A DNA stretch of 64,000 nt from the human T2T-CHM13v2.0 reference genome, Homo sapiens, in NCBI RefSeq assembly GCF_009914755.1, contig NC_060929.1. One strand, given 5' to 3'. A program made the translations under genes and the position numbers. Each line of letters starts with the position of its first letter. The stretch's first letter is position 1. Under the pieces are notes generated by a model that did not search any database, was not told where the DNA came from, and saw only the letters and a program-made list of their open reading frames with translations. Of this stretch, positions 25,315 to 42,060 are shown piece by piece.

Positions 25315-25512
25315 TTGGTGTTGAGTCATAAAAACATCTAAATCTCAATTCTGCCATTTACAGCAAAGCTTGGGCAAGTTTCTTCATTGTTCATAATTTA
25401 GTTCATGTCAGTAAAATGGTGGTAGGTGATGTTTAACTTATAGGTCTAATCAGAAAGATTACAGTTTAAATGGCTTGCAGAGTTGTTGGCCCATTGAGCA
25501 CTCAGAAAGTTT
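25315..25512 (+). mobile_element. MIR
   Basis: TCTGCCATTTAC...CTTGGGCAAGTT...GTAAAATGG...AGCACTCAGAAAG. Confidence 0.6.
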
Positions 25513-25599
25513 AGGCCTTGAAAAAACCACACCATCAATTATCCAACTAATGATAGATTCAAAGCCATGTGGGCAGCACTCCATTGAAGAATTTTTATG

Positions 25600-25742
25600 G
25601 GTGTTATGGTTAGGAACCATGTCTTGATTCACTTTATGTGATTAGGATCTTGCTCTGTGCCTGGCTCATGTGTGATTAGGATGGTGCTCTTTGCCTCTCT
25701 CATAATACGCGCTCATTAAATGTTGATTGCTGTTGAATGATA
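25600..25742 (+). mobile_element. L2 3' end with diverged 33-bp tandem duplication
   Basis: TGTGATTAGGATCTTGCTCTGTGCCTGGCTCAT (25637-25669) and TGTGATTAGGATGGTGCTCTTTGCCTCTCTCAT (25671-25703); then GCTCATTAAATG...TTGAATGA. Confidence 0.6.
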
Positions 25743-26449
25743 CTCAGCTGTTCAAAGTGAATACGGAGAACTGAGGGTAGGGAAGAAAGGGGAAGGTGGG
25801 TCATCTCCCTTTGTTTACCTTTCTACCAAAGAGTTTGCTGATTCTTTTTATCCTAATGATTTGAGTGTTCTCTCATCAACACTTAGTTTCTCAACAGCTT
25901 TGAGTTTAGCAATCTGAACCTTCCCCTTGTCTTCTACTGGCCAAACTCTGGGTTATTTTTCAATCCCCTGGGTTAAGTCCTGGGTGATTACCACAGCATC
26001 CCTTTCCTCTAGATCTTGCTGCTCTACAACGCCATACAGAGCCCTTCAGATGTTCAAACACAGAAATGGTTTCATAATAATTTATTTGTAACAGAACTCT
26101 GTTGTTTGCTTTTCTGAGATCTGCTCACTCAGGAAGCAAGGTTCCTTAGGGCAAAATCTCTGTGCAAGGCACAAGGTGAGAGGCTCAGAACATATTGCAC
26201 CGATTTAAATAAAAAAAACCTCTCCTTGGCCTGTGTGTCTAGCTCCTCCGCTGACAGAGTCTTTCTCATAGGAGAAAGAAGAGAACCAGGAAAGGTGATC
26301 TTTCCTAAACACACTCTACCATCTTAGATATCTTTACAACAGGCTTTCAGAACTCTTGTGGGGGACATATTGCACTGCCCAATTTAATTGCCAGTGCTTA
26401 CTGGCAGTATCTTACCAGGGCAGCTATGGTTCTGCCCACTGTCAATAAA

Positions 26450-26630
26450 ATGCGCAGAGTTTCAGTGAAGCAAAATAAACAGGCTCTAGAGATCTGCTGT
26501 AACCACTGTCAACAATAATATACTGTACACTTAAAAATGTGTGAAAAGAATAGATCTCATGTTGCGTTCTCACAACAATAAAATAAAATTTAAAAAAACA
26601 CATACGTTTTTAAAAATAAATAATAAAAAA
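26450..26630 (+). mobile_element. L1MB/L1MA-type extreme 3' end
   Basis: AGAGTTTCAG...TCTAGAGATCTGCTGTA...TACACTTAAAAAT...TAGATCTCATGTT...CACAACAATAAAA. Confidence 0.8.
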
Positions 26631-28291
26631 TTGTGCCTTCTTCCCTACTAGTGTGGGAAGAAAGGAAGCTAGACTCTTAGAAGTAACAAAGGCAGGCATT
26701 GAATAAGATGAAATTACATTTTAATGTGGTGAAATCTAACAGCAAAATTTTGCGTGCAGGGAGGGGAGGGTGCAAGGGGGAAGGAAACGGTTTACCATTT
26801 CTGTCACTCTGGGGTTAAAATTAGTTTCAGTGATTCACTTGTTATTGCTGTGTACTGCAAAGGCTTTATTTAGCTTCCCATTGGGGGATTTAAGTCCTTT
26901 GTTCATTTAAAAACCAATAAGGAGAGAATATTAGTTCGTGAAAGAATAATATCCTTCGTATCATCTCTCAGGGACATTTTTTCTCGTTCTTCCAGAAACC
27001 TGGGGCTATTGCATTGATTTGCTTTTCCATCTACAGGCAAGTAGAGAACACTAGGAGAGCTTTGCTTACAGTATCATAGATGATTTCCCCTCATTTTCCA
27101 GTGTTGAAAATCAGAATATCCAGTTATAAACAGGTTGTCATGGTTGTGTGTGTCTCTCTTTTCAGGTTGGGTTTCAAAGCGAGTCTGCTTTATAATTTGT
27201 TTCTGAAAATGCTCATTGACTTGAATGCCAGTTGGATTAAAGGGGAAAAAACTTATTTTATGATTTGTACAGCTGTTTCTGAGCCCAAATTCTTATAAAG
27301 GTACCCTGGTGGCATTTCCTTACCACAAGATTGACAGACTGGGGAAAGCTAAACATTTTCTTTTCTAAAGCATTAGTGAAAAATGGACCTATTTTCGGGA
27401 TTGGCTTGTCCTTGGTAACAAGTTTAAAACCACTGAGTTGCATCATGACCATAAAGCAAAGAAGTTATTCCAATGTTTTAATTTCTAGCCAGTGTTTAAG
27501 CAGCTGCAACAGAAAATATAATTGCTCCTGACCTTCCATGTCATTCCCAGTAAACTGATTTTCCTGAGAAATTTCACAATGGTCATTTCCTCTTCATGTC
27601 CAAACAGATGTTTAGTGTTTTTAAGACCCTTTCTGTAAATGTCATATGGTACTTAAAGTATAATTTAGTGTGTACATGCTGTATGCTTTGGTGGTATTCT
27701 TTCATTTGAGAAAATATCAAAAATATCAGAGACTAGGAGGATAGGAAGTTTAGGTAGGATTTCTTGGGGGAAACCACATATGCACATGTTTCTTGAGGAG
27801 CTGACATCATTGAGATTTAGCAGTTGAAGTATAATTTAACCTAGCCTTTTTTTTTCATAATTTTTCTTGCATTCCTTAGTGGGTTTCATTACCATGTGAA
27901 GGCAAGCTCTGCAAAGATGAAGAGGCATCATCTGCTCCCCAGAGAGGGAAGGAGACTAATATAACGGAATTTCAGGGTGTGAGCAAGAGTGCAGACACAC
28001 AAACCTCCTGTGGATTGTGGGAAACCAGACAGCTTTTTTTTTTTTTTAATATTATTTAAACTCCAAATCTAAGGGGAGAAACACCGTGAGACTAACATGT
28101 TACAGTCCAAAAATAATTCCTTTTTCCAACAGAAAAAGGCTATGATATGTTTCTAATTGATAACATACTTGTACTTTTTTTCCCACAAACAAATCTTCTT
28201 TCTAAACCTGCTGGCTGTATTCTTATGGTCTTTGAACCCCACAATTTCTTCCCATTTCTGTCTAACTAAAGAACTTGTTGGTTAAAAGTTA

Positions 28292-28295
<4 letters not shown>

Positions 28296-28325
<30 letters not shown>
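28296..28325 (+). repeat. Poly(A)30 with no associated element
   Basis: 30 consecutive A. Confidence 0.9.
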
Positions 28326-28331
<6 letters not shown>

Positions 28332-31057
28332 ATTTCTTAAAATATTTAAACACAGGTTGGTTTCTTTTTTTTCTGTTTTCCTTTTAGATGAACTATTTAG
28401 TAATCTAAAACAATCATCTTATTATTATATGATTTAACTTTCCTGTTTATGCAATAGAAATTGTAAAATGCTAAATATAAATCTCTCAACAAAAATAAAT
28501 TTTTCTCTTGCTCTCACTCCTAATGAGTGGTATGTTCAGATAGATCAGAGATGAAAAACAATAAGAGAAACCTGAAGTTGAATTTATTGGACATTTAGAA
28601 CATTGTTGACCTAAGAGACATTAGAAATTGAGGTGGGGATATAGAGAACATTAAAAGAAAGAGAATTTACTGCTGAGAATAGGGAAAAGGGTGGGAAGTG
28701 GCTATAAAATAATGATTGCTGCTTTCCATAAACCACATAAAAAACCCATCTCATTACCATATAGACATGGGTATACACACAGTAAAACCTTTGTAATACT
28801 GCATTTTAGAGGAAATGAGTTGCCAGCTAATGTCAAGTTATGGTTAATAAAGACTTAGTTCATGTTATCTCAGGTGGTATCCTTCTTGTACCTCCCTTAT
28901 TCTCCCGTTAAAGTCTTAGTTAGACCTAAGGCATAAAAGCTCAGTGGTTATAGAAGTAAATCATTATTATTTATTTAAAGAGAAAAGACTTTAGTACAGC
29001 AGGGATCTACCTTCTCACTATTCATCAAAATGGTTACATGACAAAATGGGCCCGTTAACCTCCATGTTTCTTTCCTTTCAGCATCCTTATCAATGAATCC
29101 TTTGCAAATAGCTAGATTCATCTCATTAATTTTAGGAGAAAGGGATCAATACACACACATTTATCTTACATTATGTGTATATATTAGATTCCATAGCTAT
29201 TGAAACAGATATATGACACTCTGAGGAAAAGCAAGGAATAAACACTAGAGCCACTCACTGATCTTTTAAAGTAGAGCTAAATATAGCTGTCCAACTTCCA
29301 TGTCCTTGATCATTTAAATGTTAGTCCAAACTTCATGCAGTATGAAAGTAGATAATAGACATCTATATCTAATATACTTCCCCTAGTTCTTTTTAATTTT
29401 TGGTCTTCTCCTCTGAGTTGCATAGACCTTAAAAAATGTTGATGGTCCACTCTCCCCAGTGAGAATGCTGCTTTCATTGATCAAGCCCTTTTCAGCATAA
29501 AATTCTGTGCCAGAAGTGAGGATGCAAATGAGACACAAATGCTGCCCTTGAGGAGTCTGATATGCTAGCTTGAGGGACTGACTCTCAATTCTCTTTACCT
29601 AAACATCTGGGCCTAATACTGGCCCTTTAGAATAACTACTCTTTCCCATGTCCTCACAGCTTTGGTTCATCAGAACAGTTCTCATATTCTTCAAGCATGA
29701 GACAGTAAACTTTATGTTTGGGATTTGCGTTAGGGGAAGTGATGGTGCTGTGAGTCAGAAGTTCTTAAAGTTAAAAATATGACAAATTACTTAGATATCT
29801 AGAGCTTTTTAAAACATACATTCCTAACCCCAGTTTGATCCTTCTGAATTAGATTTTCCATACATGAAGACTATGGGATTCTGGTGGGCAGTAGAAGATA
29901 AACTGTAATTTAAGTGAGGTTTTTATAAGCCAGCTTGGGATCAGGCAAAGATCAGGTGAATCCTTCTTGATCTATATTTGTATTTTAATCTGTTTAAGAA
30001 TTGTATGTAAAATACTTTAAAAGCTTGGACTGGGGAATCATTCATTGTCCAAGTGTGGGGTACATTTTCACATCAACTTTTCTGTTTCTGTTCTTATGCA
30101 ATTATAAGTCCACATTATGCATAATAAATAGTGAAAGAATTTCCTCTGTCAGTATATTGCCATAGGTATTTCTGACAGATGCATGCAGACAGATGTGAAG
30201 TTTTTTTTTTTTACCATATAAGCAAATATAATCACATTACATATTTTGTACAGAATCAATCTGATTGTATGTTAAACAAATATATGCAGTGTATGTTTAG
30301 TCAGAGGGTCTTAGGAATATATCCAGAGACAACTGGAAAATTTTTGTTCATAAACAAAAATTTTTACCACCAGCTCCAGTGAAACATTTCAAAGGGATCC
30401 ATGTGTGCTAAATGCAAATTGTACCTTCATTTGGAATTGTATTCAATCTTTAAAGTCCATGTAGCCTCAGAAAGCCCATCTTTCGTCCATGCAAGCCTTG
30501 GGATGTGTTTAAGGCATTACAGGTAGAGTGCCAGAGCCACCTGACCTTGCTGCTTTCCAATCCTCTTCCTTCCCCCGCCTTCAGAGCAGAGAGTACCAGC
30601 CTAGTAGACTGGCACAGGCAGCCTGAGCCACGCTAGCCTCTATGTGGTGTGCTCTGTGAGCCTTAGTTGGAGAGGTTCTGGCTCCTTCTGTCACATATGA
30701 TTCTGTGGTTTTGAACATCAGCTTTTTTTCCTTTTCCACTTTTTCCCTAGTGCTCCAGACTTTTTTTGTGCAGAAAGCAGCCTCTCACATCATCCTGCAT
30801 TAATCATCATATACCCCTCAAATCAAAAGTGGAAAAGACCCAGTGATTCAGTCATCTGTTTGCTAACAGTAATCTTTTTGTGGGTTTGTGTGTCTGTGTC
30901 CTTTGTTAAGTTCTGTTTTAAAAGAATACAGGCTCCCAGACTGCTGGGGTGTGGTGTGCTTGCAGTAACCTCTCTGTGAGATGCTCCAGAGAGAAAGGCT
31001 TCCCAGTGAAAACACTAGACTCAGAGTTGTCTTCAACTCACATAGCCCATGACCCTG

Positions 31058-31106
31058 AAAAAAAAAAAAAAAAGAAAGAAAGAAAGAAAAAGAAGAAGAA
31101 AAGAAG
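31058..31106. repeat. A-rich/(GAAA)n microsatellite (polypyrimidine tract on minus strand)
   Basis: Poly(A) followed by GAAAGAAAGAAAGAAAAAGAAGAAGAAAAGAAG. Confidence 0.9.
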
Positions 31107-31801
31107 CTCTTTTTGGAGCACATTTTTTCTCATCATTAAAGTGAAGAAATAGAACCAGATTGTCTTTAAAGTTCTCATTATTTTATCTTTCTATGGCTCC
31201 TTCTAGGAAGTTTGTCTTCTCTACTTTGGCTTAGCATCCCATATATTTTATTTAGTCATCATTTTTTCCCTATATCTTTATTTATCTGAGTGAGGATGTC
31301 ATCTTTCCCCAGGGCTGGGTGGTTTCTATTCACATCTTTGCAGACTGATTGCAAAATTATCCTTAAGGGAACACAAGCATCGACCAGCATTTATAAATCC
31401 CTGGCAGCACACCACAGATGGTTAATGAAATAAAATGCATTATCTCATAGGCTTAGCTAATCTCAAAGTTATGGACCATCTCTGGATGTGAGGACTTAAT
31501 ATGGAGGCAAGCTGTAGAGTGACAAATTAAAGCTGATAAGATTGCTGCTCTGCCTCATCCTCCAAATATTCATAAACTTTGAGCCGACTCTCTCACAGGA
31601 AGCAGGGATCACTACGGAGCTATGCTACATATTGCACTTGCTTGATAAACATGCATGAACATGAAATATAGGAAATACTAGGCACAGTTACCATCACCTG
31701 TTGCTCAAAGTAAAATTAAGAAAAAAGCTGGGTTCAGAAATGTTTACTTTAATCTAATTATACAGTGTGTTCAAATTTGTCTCACTTAAGAACTAGCTAA
31801 G

Positions 31802-32163
31802 CAGTGGTCTGCAACCTTTTTGGCACCAGAGACCAGTTTCGTGGAAGACAATTTTTCCATGGATGGGAAGGATTTGTTGGGCGGGGTGGGGGGAGGGTTG
31901 TGGGGAATGGTTTTGGAAAGTGTTCCACCTCAGATCATCAGATATTCTCATAGGTGCACAATCTAGATCCCTCACATGCCCAGTTGGAATACAGGGTAGA
32001 AGCTACTATTGAGAATCTCATGCTGCTGCTGATCTAATCTGACAGAAGGAGGAGCTTAGGTGGTAATGCTGGCTCGCCCACCACTCATCTCCTGCTGTGT
32101 GGCCTGGTTTATAACAGACCATGGAGGGTACCAGTCTGCGGCCTGATGGTTGGGGAACCCCTG
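31802..32163 (-). mobile_element. MER1B hAT-Charlie MITE
   Basis: CAGTGGTCTGCAACCTTTTTGGCACCAG...GGTTGGGGAACCCCTG; AGCTAAG on both flanks. Confidence 0.92.
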
Positions 32164-33302
32164 AGCTAAGGGACTGATAGAAACATTTTATAAGTAAAAT
32201 TAATTAAACGCATACACACACAAATACTTATTTTTAAAAAATAGTACACAAATATTATCAGCTTGTTGATCCCAAATGTAAAAGAAAATCCTCAAATGTT
32301 TACATAATTAAAGAAATGATCACTATCTTTATTGAATTTTCACATGCTCTTACCATTCTTAGCTTAATCTGGTAAGAATGAGGTCATAGCAAATTCTTTG
32401 GGTAGTGAATTCTAGGTCTCCAGATTTGTAGTAAAATAAGGTACATAAAGTAGACAAAGAGAAACAAAAATGCATTTTAGTTTGGTTCCTTTTTCCTCAT
32501 TTACTTGAAATACAAATATATATCTATGAATAATCACATATAATTTCTCCTAATATTCCATAAATATAAATTACAATTTCTAAGGATTGAATATTTAATA
32601 ACAGTCTTTTCAAAATGATAAAGCAAGCACATAATCTTGTTCTTGTTTATTGTAGCAAATGTCAGAGCAGTTTACTGCAGAAATTAAATTGTTATTTATT
32701 TTGACTGTTGGGTTAAACAATTCTCTCATTAGGGGAAAAATATACTGCTAAAATAAGTGATAGTTATATGAAGAATTAGATAAGCATTAGTGGAAAAAAC
32801 CCACCAGTGTCTCTGTTTCCTTAGCAGAACAGGCTATACAGTGTTGCAGCAAGACAGACATCCTCACATAGCAGAGGTGCTAGGGACAGCATCTCTATAG
32901 GCAACTACTGGAACTTCTCTAATGTACTTGTAGTTTGCAGATTCTCTGGTTACACTAGCCCTTGCTAACATTGTTCTTCTTTGAATTTGATTAGTCTGAG
33001 TTCATTCATGATTCTGTAACCATGTGAGTGGAAAGGGAAACAGGGCTCTCTGCTGCCATATTGCTTGGTTTTCATGCCTAGATTCAAGAATTCTTGAACG
33101 TGCATTGGACACAGATCACTCATGGATGCTTTCCACAGCAAATGATTAGCTTCTTACAAATAATTTAAAAGCATTGAGATTGTAATATTTCTTTGGTTTT
33201 GTCCTTAAATTTTATATATAACTATTTTATCACATTTACTAGCTATTTTTGTGTGTCTAAGTAGCAAAGACAATGTTACAATTGCAAATCTAGGCTAGGA
33301 TC

Positions 33303-33476
33303 CTTGGATAACCAGCTTCCAAATGGCCCCCAATGATCTCCACCTCCTGATGTTTATATATTTGGGTAGTTCCCATGTATATTGTTCCAGGAGATTCCAG
33401 ATCAGTGTGACCAATAGAATATGGCAGAGGTGATGTTATGTCACTTACAAAATTAAGTTATAAAAGATTCCCTGCT
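33303..33476 (+). mobile_element. MLT1F/E-like MaLR LTR 5' part
   Basis: CCAGCTTCCAAATGGCCCCCAATGATCTCCACCTCCTG...GTGTGACCAATAGAATATGGCAGA. Confidence 0.78.
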
Positions 33477-33547
33477 ATATGCTTCTGTTGTACTCTGTAC
33501 TTTTCCTTCATAATACTTACATATAAGTAACATTCTGTGTCTATCTT

Positions 33548-33860
<313 letters not shown>

Positions 33861-34073
33861 ATTCTGTGTCTATCTTCCAAGCTTGACATTAAGCTCATCA
33901 AGGACAGAAATCCTGCCTTTCTTATAAATTATGCATATCACAGCACCTAGCAGATACTCATTGTCTAACAAATAACAGGAGAGTTAAGGGTGAGAAAAAT
34001 AATGAATTAATTTAGATAGCCACCATTTTTAAGAAATCCAAAATGTTTTCCTACTTTTTACTGATCCCTAGTT

Positions 34074-34403
34074 CAAGGGGTCCCCAATCCCCAGGCCATG
34101 GTCTCGGTCCATGGCCTGTTAGAAACCAGGCTGCACACTAGGAGATGAGCAGCTGGAGAGCAAAGCTGAGCTCTGTTTCCTGTCAGATCAGCAGCAGTAT
34201 TAGATTCTCATAAGAACATGAACCCTATTGTGAACTGCACATGCAAAGGACCTAGGTTGTGCGCTCCTTATGAGAATATAGCTAATGCCTGGTGATCTGA
34301 TGTGGAACAGTCTCTGAAACCATCCTCCCCACACCACACTGTCTGTGGAAAAATTGTCTTCTGCAAAACCAATTCCTGGTGCTAAAGTGGTTGGGGACTA
34401 CTG
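34074..34403 (+). mobile_element. MER1B hAT-Charlie MITE
   Basis: AGGGGTCCCCAATCCCC...GTCAGATCAGC...GGTTGGGGACTACTG; 8-bp TSD CCCTAGTT/CTCTAGTT. Confidence 0.92.
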
Positions 34404-34560
34404 CTCTAGTTCTCTCACACATTACCCTGAAAGCACTATAAGGCAATTATCTGGGGGGCAGTTCCAAGATGGCCGAATAGGAACAGCTCCAGTCTATAGC
34501 TCCCAGCATGAGTGATGCAGAAGACGAATGATTTCTGCATTTCCAACTAAAGTACCGGGT

Positions 34561-34920
34561 TCATCTCACTGGGGATTGTCGGACAGTGGGTGCAGGACAG
34601 TGGGTGCAGGATAGTGGATGCAGTGCACTGAGTGTGAACCGAAGCAGGGCGAGGCATCGCCTCACCTGGGAAGTGCAAGGGGTCAGGGAATTCCCTTTCC
34701 TAGACAAGGAAAGGGGTGACAGACGGCACCTGGAAAATCGGGTCACTCCCACCCTAATACTGCACTTTTCCGATGGTCTTAGCAAACAGCACACCAGGAG
34801 ATTATATCCCGCGCGTGGCTCGGAGGGTCCTATGCCCACAGAGCCCCGCTCATTGCTAGCACAGCAGTCTGAGATCAAACTGCAAGGCAGCAGCGAGGCT
34901 GGGGGAGGGGCACCCGCCAT
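34561..34920 (-). CDS. ORF0: L1 antisense ORF0, open for 119 codons
   Basis: MAGAPPPASLLPCSLISDCCASN...IRVGVTRFSRC matches the primate L1 ORF0 N-terminus; strong Kozak context (GCAATGG). Translation not shown. Confidence 0.6.
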   Translation of the reverse strand: MAGAPPPASLLPCSLISDCCASNERGSVGIGPSEPRAGYNLLVCCLLRPSEKCSIRVGVTRFSRCRLSPLSLSRKGNSLTPCTSQVRRCLALLRFTLSALHPLSCTHCPAPTVRQSPVR

Positions 34921-35495
34921 TGCCTAGGCTTGAGTAGGTTAACAAAGCAGCCCAGAAGCTCCAACTGGGAGGACCCCAATGCAGCTCAAGGAGGCCTGCC
35001 TGCCTCTGTAGACTCCACCTCTGGGAGCAGGGCATAGCCAAACAAAAGGTAGCAGAAACCTCTGCAGACTTAAATGTCCCTGTCTGACAGTTTTGAAGAG
35101 AGTAGTGGTTCTCCCAGCACACAGCTGGAGATCTGAGAACGGACAGACTGCCTCCTCAAGTGGGTCCCTGACTCCCGAGTAGCCTAACTGGGAGGCAACC
35201 CCAAGTAGGGGCAGACTGACACCTCACACGGCCCGGTACTCCTCTGAGAAAAAACTTCCAGAGGAACAATCAGGCAGCATCATTTGCTGTTCACCAATAT
35301 TCACTGTTCTGCAGCCTCCACTGCTGTTACCCAGGCAAACAGGGTCTGGAGTGGACATCCAGGAAACTCCAACAGACCTGCAGCTGAGGGTCCTGACTGT
35401 TATAAGGAAAACTAACAAACAGAAAGGACATCCACACCAAAACCCCATCTGTACATCACCATTATCAAAGACCAAAGGTAGATAAAACCACAAAG

Positions 35496-36511
35496 ATGGG
35501 GAAAAAACAGAGCATAAAAACTGAAAATTCTGAAAATCAGAGTGCCTCTCCTCCTCCAAAGGAATGCAATTCCTCACCAGCAATGGAACAAAGCTGGATG
35601 GAGAATGACTTTGACGAGTTGAGAGAAGAAGGCTTCAGACGATCAAACTTCTCTGAACTAAAGGAGGAAGTTCAAACCCATGGCAAAGAACTTAAAAACC
35701 TTGAAAAAAGATTAGATGAATGGCTAACTAGAATAACCAAGGCAGAGAAGTCCTTAAACGACCTGATGGAGCTGAAAACCACAGCAAGAGAACTACGTGA
35801 CGAATGCACAAGCTTCAGTAACCGATTTGATCAACTGGAAGAAAGGTTATCAGTGACGGAAGATGAAATGAATGAAATGAAGTGAGAAGAGGAGTTTAGA
35901 GAAAAAAGAATAAAAATAAACAAACAAAGCCTCCAAGAAATATGGGACTATGTGAAAAGACCAAATCAACGTCTGATTGGTGTACCTGAAAGTGACAGGG
36001 AGAATGGAACCAAGTTGGAAAACACTCTGCAGGATATTATCCAGGAGAACTTCCCCAATCTAGCAAAGCAGGCCAACATTCAGATTCAGGAAATACAGAC
36101 AACACCACAAAGATATTCCTCCAGAAAAGCAACTCCAAGACACATATATCAGATTCACCAAAGTTGAAATGAAGGAAAAAATGTTAAGGGCAGCCAGAGA
36201 GAAAGGTCGGGTTACCCACAAAAGGAAGACCATCAGACTAACAGCTGATCTCTCAGCAGAAACTCTACAAGCCAGAAGAGAGTGGGGGACAATATTCAAC
36301 ATTCTTAAAGAAAAGGATTTTCAACCCAGAATTTCATATCCAGCCAGACTAAGCTTCATTAAGTGAAGGAGAAATAAAATCCTTTACAGACAAGCAAATG
36401 CTGAGGGATTTTGTCACCACCAGGCCTGCCCTAAAAGAGCTCCTGAAGGAAGCACTAAACATGGAAAGGAACAACTGGTACCAGCCACTGCAAAAACATG
36501 CCAAATTGTAA
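35496..36511 (+). pseudogene. ORF1: L1 ORF1 (disrupted)
   Basis: MGKKQ...MENDFDELREEGFRR; stop at 35883-35885; frameshifts near 36145 and 36360. Confidence 0.93.
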
Positions 36512-36574
36512 AGACCATCGAGGCTAGGAAGAAATTGCATCAACTAACGAGCAAAATAACCAGCTAACATCATA

Positions 36575-40421
<3,847 letters not shown>

Positions 40422-41564
40422 ATAATGATAACACATGGACAGAGGAAGGGGAACATCACACACCGGGGCCTGTTGTGGGGTGGCGGGAGGGGAAAGGGAT
40501 AGCATTAGGAGATATACCTAATGTAAGTGATGAGTTAATGGGTGCAGCACACCAACATGGCACATTTATACATATGTAACAAACATGCATGTTGTGCACA
40601 TGTACCCTAAAACTTAAAGTATAATGAAAAAAAAGCACTATAAGGCAAAGTTAGGATATTTTATAATAATTTACATGCCTGTCTTCAAAGACATATAATA
40701 AAATATTCGTTTTTAATAATAAAATATGTAATAAATAAAATTAAAATTCCCAAATTAAAGAAAAAATCTTTTGTTTCTTAAAAGTGATAAAACTGCATCC
40801 CTCTTTTGTTTAATTCTGTGACATATTTTAAAGGTTTTTCATATTAATTTTTTTTAAATTTTGTCATTATACCTATCCTGGGAGGTAGCCTGTGCTGTAA
40901 GTGAGGAAGTGAATTCCTAGAGGGTAAGCAAATTTGCTTTGGGCTGCAAAGTTCTCTTTTGGTGGGACCAAGGCTAGAATCGAGAGAGCAATACTCATCA
41001 CAGATTCAGAACCCTTCCAACCAGTGCAAACTGCCTGAGGAACCTAATAACCAACCACTGAGGATCTAATTCCAAGATGTATCTCTCTCTCTCCTGTCCT
41101 TAAATCTCCTTAGCTACTTCCCATTCTCTGTTTTGTGACATATTATTATTATTTTCTCTAGTGAAGCAACTTGCAGAAATCCATTTTTCCTCTTCTTCCT
41201 GAACTCTAAACATTTTGAGGGGGCAGATCAGGGCTTATTTGTGTTTATCTATGCTTCAACCTATAATATAATTTCTTATGTAGATTAGAGGATGAATAAA
41301 TTATTGTTGAGCTAAGTTGGAATAAATTTCATAAAGAGTTATCAGCAAAATTATTCAATACTTGATTTTTTTGATAGCAATCATACAATAAAAGTACATT
41401 TGGGTTTACATTTGGTTTTATGTAATCAACATTACATAGTTATTCTTTAATGGAATTCTACAGTTAGTGCTTTTCCAAAAAGTATATGGACCACTTGAGG
41501 TTGCTTGTTTTCTTGAGTTCCCCTGGACATTTTTACTTTTTTGTGCTAAGTGATTTGGCTAACA

Positions 41565-41755
41565 TAACAATAATAACTAATAATATCTAACATTATTCAG
41601 TGCTTACAACTTAATCTTCATAACACTAGAAAAATAGGCAATATTAACTATTTTTATATTTCAAGTAATTTTCTCAAAATTACACAGCTAATAAAGGCAG
41701 AAGCAGGTTTCAATTCCAAATTGCTGAACCACAAGGCCCATGTTCTTAATCAAAA
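41565..41755 (-). mobile_element. MIR
   Basis: TTAATCTTCATAAC...AAGTAATTTTCTCAAAATTACACAGCTAATAAAGGCAGAAGCAGGTTTCAA. Confidence 0.7.
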
Positions 41756-42060
41756 TAATCAAGAATAAATAACACCCACTGGTCAGTTGCTCCTTAAAAC
41801 TTCTACCTAATTACTCCATTTATGAAAAGATAATTCTACGTTCAATTTAATTAAATTAAATATCTTTAGAGAAAGGAAATACAAGATAATTATCTGAATC
41901 ATACTCTGACAGAGACAGTTAATGAATTCATAAATTCTTACCAAATTTTAAGGAAGATATTCACTTTGAAGGGTCATGTTTTTATAATACAGAACACATG
42001 TTTCTGCAAGAAGACAAAGATTCTCAAATTGCCATTGCCTTAAAAAGAAGGAAATTCACA

